From the IMG/VR virus record IMGVR_UViG_3300037506_000029, positions 1 through 27,173 of that record: 27,173 nt of DNA. One strand, written 5' to 3'. The notes below the pieces were generated by a model that was not told the origin of the DNA, searched no databases, and saw only the letters and a program-made list of their open reading frames with translations. Made by a program: the position numbers and the translations under genes. This document shows positions 16,692 to 25,921 of this stretch, piece after piece (the first letter of the stretch is position 1; the number at the start of each line of letters is the position of its first letter). Origin of the DNA: a virus. Lineage: Duplodnaviria; Caudoviricetes.

Positions 16692-17665
16692 CACCACACC
16701 TCCTGAAGGATTCTTTCTATTCCGGGACGAATAACCCCCCAGCACTTGCGGACGATCTCAACATGAGCAGAATCCAGCACCTGTGCCTGAGATGCTGTCT
16801 TGTTTGTCTCAAGAAAACGAGCCAGTCCCTGAAGCAAACCGAACAGGCGAGCCCGGTTCACTTCCCGATGGGGCAGCTTCTCAACCTTCTTCTTGGGCTT
16901 TGCTCGTTCGGAGAGAACCGACTCCCACTTCTCCAGCTGAATGATCTGCTGCGCCTCCGTGTCAACCCCACGAACATCGCCGATCACCTGCTCCGCTTCA
17001 CTGCCCCTTACCTTGTAATCATGCAACACCCTTGCCGCCTTGCGAAGGACGTTCGCGTTCCCAGAGATAGTGTGCAGATTGTCCAGGATGCTCATGCTGA
17101 ACCCGCCGTTCGGCACACCGAGAGCACCGATCTTTTCTCGAACTTCTTCGGCTCGCTTGGTCTTGTAAATGGTGTTCACCTTGAGACCGAACATCTTGGC
17201 TGCGTCCGCAACCAAAACCCCATGTTTCTCGATCATGAATCGAGCATTCACAATCGCCTCTTCGCGACCCATCCCCACCACCGCTTCCCAAGTATTCACC
17301 ACTCGGGGAAGCAAATCCTGCATAACAGGATCGAAAACCTGAACTGTGTAGGCATCAACAGTCTTTAATCCACTGGTGTTCGCCAGATCAAAAGCAGCGA
17401 GCCGGTGGTTTCCAGACCAGGGGAAGAACAACTTTCCATTCCGTTCCTTCTGAAGGATGCACATGGGGAACACCGAATCGGCATCTTCCATGTTTATGGC
17501 ATAACGAACCACCACATCATCCATCAGCCTGCCGGACAGGCGAACCTGCCGCCGCATCCCCTCCTCCCTGTCGATGGAAGACAGGGGGATGTTGTTCTCA
17601 ACATTGAACTTGATTCCCAGCCGACGAAGATTGGACTCGACCTTCTGATCCTTGATCCAGCGCAT
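16691..17665 (-). CDS. ParB/Srx-like domain plus HTH protein
   Basis: GGAGA RBS before ATG 17665; WSGNHRLAA ParB-like motif; VADAAKMFGLKVNTI HTH-like segment. Confidence 0.65.
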   Translation of the reverse strand: MRWIKDQKVESNLRRLGIKFNVENNIPLSSIDREEGMRRQVRLSGRLMDDVVVRYAINMEDADSVFPMCILQKERNGKLFFPWSGNHRLAAFDLANTSGLKTVDAYTVQVFDPVMQDLLPRVVNTWEAVVGMGREEAIVNARFMIEKHGVLVADAAKMFGLKVNTIYKTKRAEEVREKIGALGVPNGGFSMSILDNLHTISGNANVLRKAARVLHDYKVRGSEAEQVIGDVRGVDTEAQQIIQLEKWESVLSERAKPKKKVEKLPHREVNRARLFGLLQGLARFLETNKTASQAQVLDSAHVEIVRKCWGVIRPGIERILQEVW

Positions 17666-17735
17666 CTGAGAATCTCCCAAAGTGAAAAATAAAATCACCC
17701 GCTCCTGCAAACATAATAAGTAGGAGGCAGTTCTC

Positions 17736-19190
17736 CTATAAATCAAAAACCGAAACAATTGCTGGATTTGCCACAGACAAGCATCCAGCCACATGCACAC
17801 ATTTCGATACCGAATACTCTCCGTCACGAAGAACTACCCAGTTCAGTCGGCAAACTCCTTTCTGCTTCTCCTCTCCGAAAATGTTGATACCAATCATCCC
17901 GTTAACGTGTGCTAACTTACGCTTGTCCTCGCTAAAGTTCCTCCTGTCCAAGGTCTTTCTGGTGTAAGCATCTGCGTCCGATTGGGTGGCAGTAATTACC
18001 AGACAGTGCTTCTCCTGAGACATCCTGCGAAGTTCCTTCCATGTCTCATTTATCTGGTCCCTCTTTTCTGCCCTCTTGTCTATGGGCTCCAGCAGGTCTG
18101 CATAGTCAATGCAAACAATGTCAGGGACGAAACCTCCCATCTCCCAAGACTCCAGAACTGAACGAATGCCGTGTACGGAAATGCTGTTGTTCGGATGGCA
18201 CGACAGGGCCAGGTAGGAATTCTTCGATTTCACCTTGTTGTTGATTACTTCCCTGCAAGCCTCCCAGGCAATACTACTATCCAAAGGTTCAGTAAATTCC
18301 CTCTCTCTGAAGGACACCACCGAAGTATACTCCACTCTGGTTTCATCGCTGCCTTCCACCCGAAATTCCCTTTTGGCAAGCCGTATATCTGTGGGAATCT
18401 TTATCAGGCAGGGCCACTCCGCTGCCTTGTATGGATGTTCAGCGGCCCGAACCATGAACCGAATTCCTATCTGGTGTTCCGACATATCTCCTACTTCAAA
18501 GAATGCCACCCTCCTTCTTTGTAGTACCCCCTGCCAGGCAATCTCCTGAAGCCAGTAAGATTTGCCAGACTTGTCTGGACCCATGAATGCTATTAGCGAA
18601 TCCCTCTCCAATTGACCGGAAAGGAACCTGCCAAGTCCCCCCACCATTTCTACTAATGGATCTCTTTTCCTGTCAAACCAGGAATGAATTGCCTCTCTGT
18701 CCATCAGCACGTCTACCCTGCTTCCAACACCAAGTTCTACTTTGTTATACCCAACTATCCTGCTGTTAGCCTTCTCTAATTCTCCAGCCTGCAAGTCTGC
18801 CTGAATCGTCTCTGCCACCCTTGCCAACCTGACCTTGTTAAAATATTCTCCAGCTAGGTCAAGAACGTAATCTACCCCATCTTTCCCAGATTGTGTGTAT
18901 TCCCTGAATACCCCAGATAGAAACCGCTCCATCAATCGGATACTGTCTTCATCAGATCCATTGCGGCGCTCTGCCCAGGATTCCAATATTGTGGAGATCC
19001 CTCGCTCTGGAGCCACACCATACTTGCGGAAATGGCATACACAGAAGTCTCCTATCTGGTTGGCCCAAGGGGAACCAAACATCCTCCCGTCCCATCTGGA
19101 ACTGATTCGGCCCAGCACCTGGGTATCCATGACCATTGCTGCCAGAATCTTCCTTTCGATGGGACCACCTTCCATCGTTTCTATTTTCAT
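17736..19190 (-). CDS. DnaB-like (SF4) replicative helicase
   Basis: GPDKSGKS, FEVGDMSE, IDYADLL, ITATQ, SEDKRK. Confidence 0.88.
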   Translation of the reverse strand: MKIETMEGGPIERKILAAMVMDTQVLGRISSRWDGRMFGSPWANQIGDFCVCHFRKYGVAPERGISTILESWAERRNGSDEDSIRLMERFLSGVFREYTQSGKDGVDYVLDLAGEYFNKVRLARVAETIQADLQAGELEKANSRIVGYNKVELGVGSRVDVLMDREAIHSWFDRKRDPLVEMVGGLGRFLSGQLERDSLIAFMGPDKSGKSYWLQEIAWQGVLQRRRVAFFEVGDMSEHQIGIRFMVRAAEHPYKAAEWPCLIKIPTDIRLAKREFRVEGSDETRVEYTSVVSFREREFTEPLDSSIAWEACREVINNKVKSKNSYLALSCHPNNSISVHGIRSVLESWEMGGFVPDIVCIDYADLLEPIDKRAEKRDQINETWKELRRMSQEKHCLVITATQSDADAYTRKTLDRRNFSEDKRKLAHVNGMIGINIFGEEKQKGVCRLNWVVLRDGEYSVSKCVHVAGCLSVANPAIVSVFDL

Positions 19191-20146
19191 ATCACGTCAT
19201 CATGCCTGTTAGGGTCTCTCGGAACTACGGGAAGTTTTTTGGTAGCAGACTTTTTCATTTCGTTTTCTATCCAGTCCAGACACCTCTCGAAGTGTAGGGG
19301 GTTAGTAATCACTAACTTAGTACCATCCCTGTTGATTATGTCCTTGCTTCTGTAGAAGGACAGCGCATTCATAATACGTTCGGGGTCTCCTACCCTGTCC
19401 AAAATGGATTGGAATGCTCTTGCAGATACTACCAGAGTCTTCCTGATTCTCCTACCAGACTTCTTTTCTGCGGCGGAGTGTAACATCTCCGACCAGTTGA
19501 AGAAGATCGGATCCGGAAGAGCCGAACCCTTCCTAGGGCGGCGAGGTTCTTCCGGTTGGATCTCTTCCTCCTTTTGATCCATGACCTCCTTCGGATCGGA
19601 AGATTGGCCATTCTCTTCGATTGTAGCACCACCGCGAAGCGGGGTGCTATTATGTAATTCATCTATCCGTATTTCATATATATTAGTTCCGCCCTTTTGA
19701 CCTGAACCAGTTCCGCCCTTTTGACCTGAACCAGTTCCGCCCTTTGGGCGGAACTGGGAGGGCGGAAACTCGCTCCTCTGGTAGTATTCATCTAGATCCA
19801 TCTCGATCTTTTCTACGTTTACTCGGACGAATCTTCTTCCGGGAACCCCTCTCTTATCTCGGTTAATGTACCCTCTTTCTTCTAGTTCTGCCAGGATCCC
19901 TCTCTGCTCCTTCTCCGTCCATGCCAGGGACTTCTCTAAAAACTCCTCTGTACACAGGAAGTATTCGTCCTCGTGGATGATTGCGTTTGGTCCAGTAGCA
20001 TGGTTGATCAGGTCTTGCAGCATGAGTGCTTGCTGTCTGGATAGCAAGCCGGAGATAACGTAATCTCTTCTAAAAATCAGATAGTTTCCGGTAGCGCTTG
20101 CTCGGAGCAGGTGGCGGCGGTAGGACTCCGACGAGATACTGGACAT
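19187..20146 (-). CDS. Replication initiator-like protein (N-terminal wHTH, internal repeats)
   Basis: LAELEERGYI..KRGVPGRRF wHTH; repeated KGGTGSGQ linker; directly upstream of the helicase with an ATGA overlap. Confidence 0.7.
   Translation of the reverse strand: MSSISSESYRRHLLRASATGNYLIFRRDYVISGLLSRQQALMLQDLINHATGPNAIIHEDEYFLCTEEFLEKSLAWTEKEQRGILAELEERGYINRDKRGVPGRRFVRVNVEKIEMDLDEYYQRSEFPPSQFRPKGGTGSGQKGGTGSGQKGGTNIYEIRIDELHNSTPLRGGATIEENGQSSDPKEVMDQKEEEIQPEEPRRPRKGSALPDPIFFNWSEMLHSAAEKKSGRRIRKTLVVSARAFQSILDRVGDPERIMNALSFYRSKDIINRDGTKLVITNPLHFERCLDWIENEMKKSATKKLPVVPRDPNRHDDVI
19648..19770. repeat. Iteron-like repeats / candidate origin
   Basis: 24-bp agttccgcccttttgacctgaacc at 19685 and 19709, a partial copy at 19733, the palindrome ccagttccgccc-ttt-gggcggaactgg (19731-19757) and an AT-rich stretch at 19648-19684. 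Confidence 0.7.
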
Positions 20147-20197
20147 GGGTAGCCTCCAAGAGAATTGAAATAGAGTTACAAGAGAGACTGTTCTGCC

Positions 20198-20545
20198 CTA
20201 TTTGTAGGAATCATTCCAGATGGAATAGTAAGAACAGTTTAGTTTTGTATGAACATCGTTATACCAATCCACCAGTTGTTGTGGAGTCATGTTGTCAACG
20301 CATAACAGTTCCAGATGGAACACATGTCCATCTTTGGTCTTTAGTTGGGCAAAGGAGTCCATGGTGTCTTTTACTTCCATGTTCGGCTTGGAATACTTGC
20401 TGAATGCCCAGAGTCTTACCTGAACGAAGAACTTCTTCCCGACACAATCCTTGCGGCAATATTGCCAGTGTCGGTCGTGCCTGTCCATGTCCTTGTTGAC
20501 AGACCATTCCTTGAATCCAAACGACACCAGTTCGTCAATGGTCAT
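20198..20545 (-). CDS. Hypothetical protein
   Basis: ATGA overlap with the RNase H stop; 115 aa. Confidence 0.65.
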   Translation of the reverse strand: MTIDELVSFGFKEWSVNKDMDRHDRHWQYCRKDCVGKKFFVQVRLWAFSKYSKPNMEVKDTMDSFAQLKTKDGHVFHLELLCVDNMTPQQLVDWYNDVHTKLNCSYYSIWNDSYK

Positions 20546-21027
20546 TTGATTGTCTCCATGTAGTTCTTGGCCAACAGGGAGCATTCCTTGTCACAGAAGA
20601 TATTCCACTTGCTGGCTGGGAAGCCGTTCTTTTCTCGGAATCCCATTTGCATTTCCTTTCTGGTTGGATGTCCAGCCACCAGATGTACCGACCACATCTT
20701 GTCCTTTCGGACGGAAAGGGTATCTTCTACCAGCCAGTCTGGGATGCCAGAGAATCGGGGACTTCCTAGAAGCCTTAGCATGGTTACTCTGCTGTCGGTA
20801 TGAAGAGTACCATTCCATTTTTTTGGTGCAGACGACAGGGCTGCGACAGCAGCGTATAATTCGGTAAGGTTATTGGTAATCTTTTCAACTCCCATCAGTT
20901 GCGGAGTAACAATTCCGGAAGCGTGTTTGATTATCTGATTGTTCTCTACTTGGCACCAACACCAGGTTCCACCGTATCTGGATGGGTTGGGACCGATGAC
21001 TCCACCATCACAGTATATGGAAATCAT
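20542..21027 (-). CDS. Ribonuclease HI-like
   Basis: IYCDGG, TNNLTEL, HTDS, AGH, WNIFCD catalytic pattern. Confidence 0.88.
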   Translation of the reverse strand: MISIYCDGGVIGPNPSRYGGTWCWCQVENNQIIKHASGIVTPQLMGVEKITNNLTELYAAVAALSSAPKKWNGTLHTDSRVTMLRLLGSPRFSGIPDWLVEDTLSVRKDKMWSVHLVAGHPTRKEMQMGFREKNGFPASKWNIFCDKECSLLAKNYMETIK

Positions 21028-21059
21028 TATTTCCCCCTAGAAGATTCATTTCTTCCATT

Positions 21060-21935
21060 TCAACATACTAGAAACCTTTCTCGTATGTAGTCCACTTCTT
21101 CTAGTGATGCTTCCCCTGGATCTTTTGCTTCTAGTTGTAACCGATGGGTTTTCCCTGGAAAGGATCCAAGTTGGCGGCATAGTTTCTTTGCTCTCTTCTG
21201 TGCTTCTGGTTCATTGTCAAAGCATACAACTCGCATGGGGTACTTGCTCATCCTCAGAATTTGTGAGGTAGAGTAGGCGAGTCCCATGGTTGCTACTGCT
21301 CCTGGACCTATTCTCCATACGTCTGTTGGTCCCTCCACAATTACGATGGCATGCCTAGCATAGTCCTCTCCGTACAAAAGTGATCTGGAAGACAACTCCT
21401 CCCATTCTGGTCTGGCGTTGATATATCTGGGATATACATCTCCGAGTGATCTAGTCGTCCACGTTACTGTTCTACCATCGTTGATTATTGGAATCCATAT
21501 CCTCCATGCCAGGTCCGAGGCAAGACCAATGCCCCCAATCTTCCAGAACATTTGCAGTATGGTGGGCTCGAAACCTCTTGATGTCAGGTAGCTCTTGTGT
21601 ACGGGCAACAGCGGACCTAGCCCCGTTGGTAGTCTTACTTTGTTTCTTGTCGGCTTATGTCTGATCCTGATCCGATCAATGGATCCAGATATCTCTTTGG
21701 CCTTGCCATAGGGAACATCTAGCAGGGCAGATATCACCTTGGTTATGTGGTGGAATCCACAGGTCCAGCAGGAGCAGTTCCCCCGGAGAAGACTGTATCC
21801 CATTCGGAATCTTCCAGAACCTGGTGAGCAGAACGGGCAGTCAAATCCGATCCAGTTGGCAGTAACATGGTGGTGCTCTCCTCCTTTTCGATAATCAATG
21901 TTGTTCTGTTTCAGCAGATCAATAAAGGATAACAT
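21060..21935 (-). CDS. DNA primase (Zn finger plus TOPRIM)
   Basis: CPFC...CWTCG, IVEGPTD, CFDNE, KDPG. Confidence 0.88.
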   Translation of the reverse strand: MLSFIDLLKQNNIDYRKGGEHHHVTANWIGFDCPFCSPGSGRFRMGYSLLRGNCSCWTCGFHHITKVISALLDVPYGKAKEISGSIDRIRIRHKPTRNKVRLPTGLGPLLPVHKSYLTSRGFEPTILQMFWKIGGIGLASDLAWRIWIPIINDGRTVTWTTRSLGDVYPRYINARPEWEELSSRSLLYGEDYARHAIVIVEGPTDVWRIGPGAVATMGLAYSTSQILRMSKYPMRVVCFDNEPEAQKRAKKLCRQLGSFPGKTHRLQLEAKDPGEASLEEVDYIRERFLVC

Positions 21936-21937
21936 GA

Positions 21938-23293
21938 TTACTCCCTTAGAAGTTCTCTTGTTAGTTGATTGTATATGTCGAAGTCGTCTCCCCCCTTATC
22001 TCCATCCAGGGTTTGGTTGAGGATGTTCTGTTTCTTCTGAATCAGCCCAAGCAACTTCTCCTCGATTGTGTTTATTGCTACCAGGTAGAACACGTCTGCT
22101 TCGTGCATATCATTTACTCGTGCCCAGCAGCGGTCTTCTGCTTGTGAATGTTCTCCGGGAGTCCAGGATAGCTCAGCGAAAACCACGGTGCTTGCTGTTG
22201 TCAGGGACAGTCCCTTGCCGGCAGCAACAATATTTCCTATGAATACACGAGTGTTCCTGTCGTTCTGGAACTTGTCTACTGCGGCTTCCCTTTTGATCGG
22301 TGATGTTGATCCATCAATTACTACACAAGAGTCCGAGAACTCTTTCTGGAGAGATCCTATAATACTCTTGTGAATAGCGAAGACAATAATCTTTCCATCA
22401 GAACTGGAGAGGAAGTCCTGGATCCACTCGACCACTGATCGTACTTTCAGTAAAGCAGCTAGTCTCTTCAATCTGCTTAACTTGGACAGTTGTTCAGCTC
22501 GCTCTGCTCCTGCTACCTGATCAGGGTTTCTCTCCCGCATCCATCTAAGGAAGTCATTCCTTGCGTATTCATATTCTCTCCTGTTCTCGATCTCTACTGG
22601 CAGGACTATCCTTCTCTTTGGAGGCAAGTCCTTGAACACATCCACCTTACGTCTTCTGACCATGATGGACTTTGACAGGATGTTGTGGAGGACATCCAGG
22701 TTAGCGGATCCCGAGAAGTCCCACCCCCATGGAGTCTTTCTGGGGGAACAGTACGTTTGCGCATAATCCCAGAAGTATGGGAACAGTCGTGGACGAAGCA
22801 TGTGCAGCACTGTCCATAATTCTGCTGGGCGGTTGGTCAGTGGGGTTCCAGACAGGGCAAGGACGTAAGGGATTCTCGATGCCAGTCGGAAGGAAGCCTT
22901 GGTCCTCTTCGCCTTTCTGTTGGTGATGTACTGACATTCATCAAAGATCACTGTCTTTGGTTGGACATACTTTCTCAAGGTCTCTTCCCACTGAGGGAGT
23001 ATGTCATAGTTGATCACATACAACGGAAAGTCGGCAGGGGGAACATTTGCTTTCCTTCCTTCAAGTATGCAAGAGCTCATCCCTCCGTGCTTTGCTGCTT
23101 CCCGCTGCCAGTTAAACTTGAGGACGGCAGGACAAACAACAACGGCTGGGAGGGTGGTTGTGGGGTCTTGGAGGAGGAACCTTACTGCTTGACAGGATTT
23201 CCCCAGTCCCATTTCATCAGCAAGTAGGGCTCTTCCTCCAAGTTCCCACAGCCTTTTTACTCCATCAATCTGATATTGGAATGGAGTGACCAC
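21938..23293 (-). CDS. SNF2-family helicase (HARP/SMARCAL1-like)
   Basis: ADEMGLGKS, DECQ, LSGTP..NRP.EL, IDGS, QAEDR. Confidence 0.92.
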   Translation of the reverse strand: MVTPFQYQIDGVKRLWELGGRALLADEMGLGKSCQAVRFLLQDPTTTLPAVVVCPAVLKFNWQREAAKHGGMSSCILEGRKANVPPADFPLYVINYDILPQWEETLRKYVQPKTVIFDECQYITNRKAKRTKASFRLASRIPYVLALSGTPLTNRPAELWTVLHMLRPRLFPYFWDYAQTYCSPRKTPWGWDFSGSANLDVLHNILSKSIMVRRRKVDVFKDLPPKRRIVLPVEIENRREYEYARNDFLRWMRERNPDQVAGAERAEQLSKLSRLKRLAALLKVRSVVEWIQDFLSSSDGKIIVFAIHKSIIGSLQKEFSDSCVVIDGSTSPIKREAAVDKFQNDRNTRVFIGNIVAAGKGLSLTTASTVVFAELSWTPGEHSQAEDRCWARVNDMHEADVFYLVAINTIEEKLLGLIQKKQNILNQTLDGDKGGDDFDIYNQLTRELLRE

Positions 23294-23414
23294 TGTATCT
23301 CCTGGTATAGTTATCGACTATAGGTCAAGTAATTGTGATGTCGGGGACATTCCCTTGGTAATGATTGAACTCTGTTTTTCACATCTGTTCCTCATATTCC
23401 TTGACAAGATGGTC

Positions 23415-24083
23415 TTGCGAACATCTTCAAGGCACTGGTTCGCCATCCTGACGACGTGTAACTTGTCGATGATGGCCGCCGCCTGCGGCATGGTCACGGT
23501 CACGGCATCGAGGTACGGCTTCCACACATCCATCATCACGACTTCTACGAGGTCGTTCTTGGGGAACTCGCTCAGGAAGTGGGTGGCGGCCTTCTTGGTA
23601 CGCTCCTCCAAGACGCCGACAATAGTGCGGTCCTTGACATTGGTGATGACGCACCGGGGCTTCCTGAGCAGGTGGACTTCATCTATGCCCATCCACTCCG
23701 GGGCGGCGAAGACAACCTCCTTGTCCAGTCGGTCGATGTAGGCATTGAACAGGTTCCGCACCGTCTTCTCGCTTACCCCCACTTCGTCGGCAATGCTGGT
23801 GAACGTGCGGAGGATGCTCTGTTCTTCGATGAAGGCGGCGAGCCGCATGGTCATCTGCGACCGCTCGTCCACGTCGGGGAGCGGTTGGAGGAAGGCCCTG
23901 TCGCAGTCCCGGCATTGGTAGCGAATGCGGTCCAGTAGGACGCCCACCAGCTTGCCGTGGGCGGTCAGGTCCATGATGAGTTGGGGCCGCGTACCGTGGT
24001 GGTACAGCTTCCCGGCGAACAGGTTCCCCCTGCCGCAGTGGACGTTCGTCAATCTGGTAGTCGGGCAGGTTGAGGAGGTTCAT
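23415..24083 (-). mobile_element. ISL3-family transposase remnant
   Basis: Zn-finger RYQCRDC, HTH, GIDE, MDVW..Y, IDKLHVV; frameshift/deletion after MNLLNLPDYQI; C-terminal half missing; visibly more GC-rich than the flanks; no terminal repeats seen. Confidence 0.85.
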
Positions 24084-24359
24084 TCAGCCTCCCTTCCGAC
24101 GCAGACACCGCTTGCAGGTGACGGGCCGGGCCTCTGGAAGGCCCACAGGCCGCACGTTATTCGGTTCCTCGATGCTGAAGCCGAAGTCGTCATAGCCGTT
24201 TTTGAGAAGTATGGTGTATCCCATCTGTAGTTCAGGCGAGAAATAAAGATCACAACTTTTGCACAACACAGTATCCTCGTCGTACATCCAAATCAACTTG
24301 TCTACATCTTGTTCCAAACAATATGGACAGTGAGGAGCACTAAGGATTTCGTCTATCAT
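24084..24359 (-). CDS. Small Zn-ribbon protein
   Basis: CPYC...CKSC...CKRC; GGAGAG RBS. Confidence 0.6.
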   Translation of the reverse strand: MIDEILSAPHCPYCLEQDVDKLIWMYDEDTVLCKSCDLYFSPELQMGYTILLKNGYDDFGFSIEEPNNVRPVGLPEARPVTCKRCLRRKGG

Positions 24360-24367
24360 GTTCTCTC

Positions 24368-24553
24368 CTACTCAAAGAATGACCATGTTTCCTTGGTATT
24401 TCTGAACTTGTTGTAGACAGTAACATCGATTCTCGAACCGACGTACAGAACATTTTCTACAATTACCTCTTCCGGTCCATCTGGACCTTGGATCTGAAAG
24501 CACTGCCCAACCTGATACGGGGAAGGGTTGTGGGGGAATATTCGTTCAGTCAT
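24368..24553 (-). CDS. Hypothetical protein
   Basis: 61-aa ORF with an AAGGA RBS, packed between neighbours. Confidence 0.6.
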   Translation of the reverse strand: MTERIFPHNPSPYQVGQCFQIQGPDGPEEVIVENVLYVGSRIDVTVYNKFRNTKETWSFFE

Positions 24554-24576
24554 GTTTGTTGATCCTTGGTAAGATG

Positions 24577-24608
24577 AGAGAGGAGAGGTATCCGTACCTC
24601 CCCTCTCT
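24577..24608 (-). terminator. 14-bp stem-loop (terminator or processing site)
   Basis: Minus strand AGAGAGGGGAGGTA-CGGA-TACCTCTCCTCTCT (one G-U pair), 10 nt after a stop codon; no U-tract. Confidence 0.5.
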
Positions 24609-24618
24609 TGAAAGTTGT

Positions 24619-25092
24619 TTAATCGATTAGAGCAGAGTTAACCTCCTTGAATGCCTTGGCCACTCTCCAGCGCGACCACCCCATTCGGATCAGCCTCTTC
24701 CTGGATTGTGCTGGAGCATTGGTATCCACCAGCAGTTTGGTTAGTTGTTGGGCATCTGGGCTCAGTTCAAACAGAAACCTGTCCAGATCAAATTGGGGAG
24801 TGCTCTTTAGAGAGTGCTCCTGATTGTCGCCCAGCCGAGTAGTCCTTCGGCTTTTGTACTTCTTGGCTTCCTTCTTGCAATACTGGATAAGGTGGATGGC
24901 GAGAATGGAACTGATCCACTTGTGCAGAGGACTTCTACCTTCCTTGTAACTGCGAATTGCGTACAGGAAACACCAGTTTGCTTCGCTGTACAGGTCTTGC
25001 GTATCCATTGAAGGGTAGTTTTCCTTGATTCTCTTGACGAAGTAGTGGATCATGTTCTTGTACTGGTGGTAGAGTTCATTCGTGGCCTGCAT
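24619..25092 (-). CDS. Sigma70/ECF-like transcription factor
   Basis: Region-2-like LYHQYKNMIHYFV...QDLYSEA...AIRSY...WI; region-4-like LSPDAQQL...MGWSRWRV. Confidence 0.65.
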   Translation of the reverse strand: MQATNELYHQYKNMIHYFVKRIKENYPSMDTQDLYSEANWCFLYAIRSYKEGRSPLHKWISSILAIHLIQYCKKEAKKYKSRRTTRLGDNQEHSLKSTPQFDLDRFLFELSPDAQQLTKLLVDTNAPAQSRKRLIRMGWSRWRVAKAFKEVNSALID

Positions 25093-25109
25093 GGTTGTCT
25101 TCCTTTCTG

Positions 25110-25790
25110 TTAGACTTGCAATACGTTGTAAAGGAATCTATGAACCTGCTCCATTTGTTTGATGGGAGGGTTCATCTTTGCCATTTCTGAAAACCGAACA
25201 AGCAACTCCCACTTACTGATCTTTTGATCTGGCTTGATGCTTTCCAGTAGCCTCCCTGCTCTGGACCAGGGCATTAGTTTTCTTCGACCCGCCACATCCA
25301 GACACCGGGCTGCTTCCTGATAGGTTAACTCCTTGTCTTCCAGACTGTTCATGGTGTAGTTGAAACCGTTTGCACGATTGGAGAACTCATCAAGTGCAGT
25401 TTCTACCTCCTCCTTTAGATTGAATTTGTCGTCGTGCTTTCTGAACAGAACTTTCGTCAGAGGAACGCCGTTGCCATTGATTACCACCCCTCCATAAAGG
25501 GCAGATCGAAACGTCATATCATTGCTGTTGATGACGGAGATCCCTTGCTTTAGTTCATCGCTAAAGCCGGGCAGAATGACCGTCATGCCTATGGCGATGT
25601 CCTTTCCCTTCCTTGATGTTTGTGCCTGTACATCGTGGGGGAACCACTCTCTTTCCTTGGCCTGATTGATCAGTTCTTCCACGATTGCATGTTGGGGAAC
25701 GAACTTCCATTTGTTTCCTGCCCTCTTGGATCTTTCTTCTTGGATGTTTTTGAGTTCTTCCGTGTTGTTTTTCTTTTTGGTATGAATCAT
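25110..25790 (-). CDS. DUF932/DUF945-like phage protein
   Basis: VPQHAIVE...ISVINSND.TF....GG....NG...RKH pattern; AGGAGG RBS. Confidence 0.55.
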   Translation of the reverse strand: MIHTKKKNNTEELKNIQEERSKRAGNKWKFVPQHAIVEELINQAKEREWFPHDVQAQTSRKGKDIAIGMTVILPGFSDELKQGISVINSNDMTFRSALYGGVVINGNGVPLTKVLFRKHDDKFNLKEEVETALDEFSNRANGFNYTMNSLEDKELTYQEAARCLDVAGRRKLMPWSRAGRLLESIKPDQKISKWELLVRFSEMAKMNPPIKQMEQVHRFLYNVLQV

Positions 25791-25921
25791 ATCTAGTCCT
25801 CCTATGTGTTCTCATCGTATAATTGGAGTTTTGCAAACCTCTTCCTAGTAGCCTTTTGAGAAAACACTCAGTTCAAATTCTTCTAGTACTACATGTCAGT
25901 GTAGATCCTCCTGTAGAGTGG

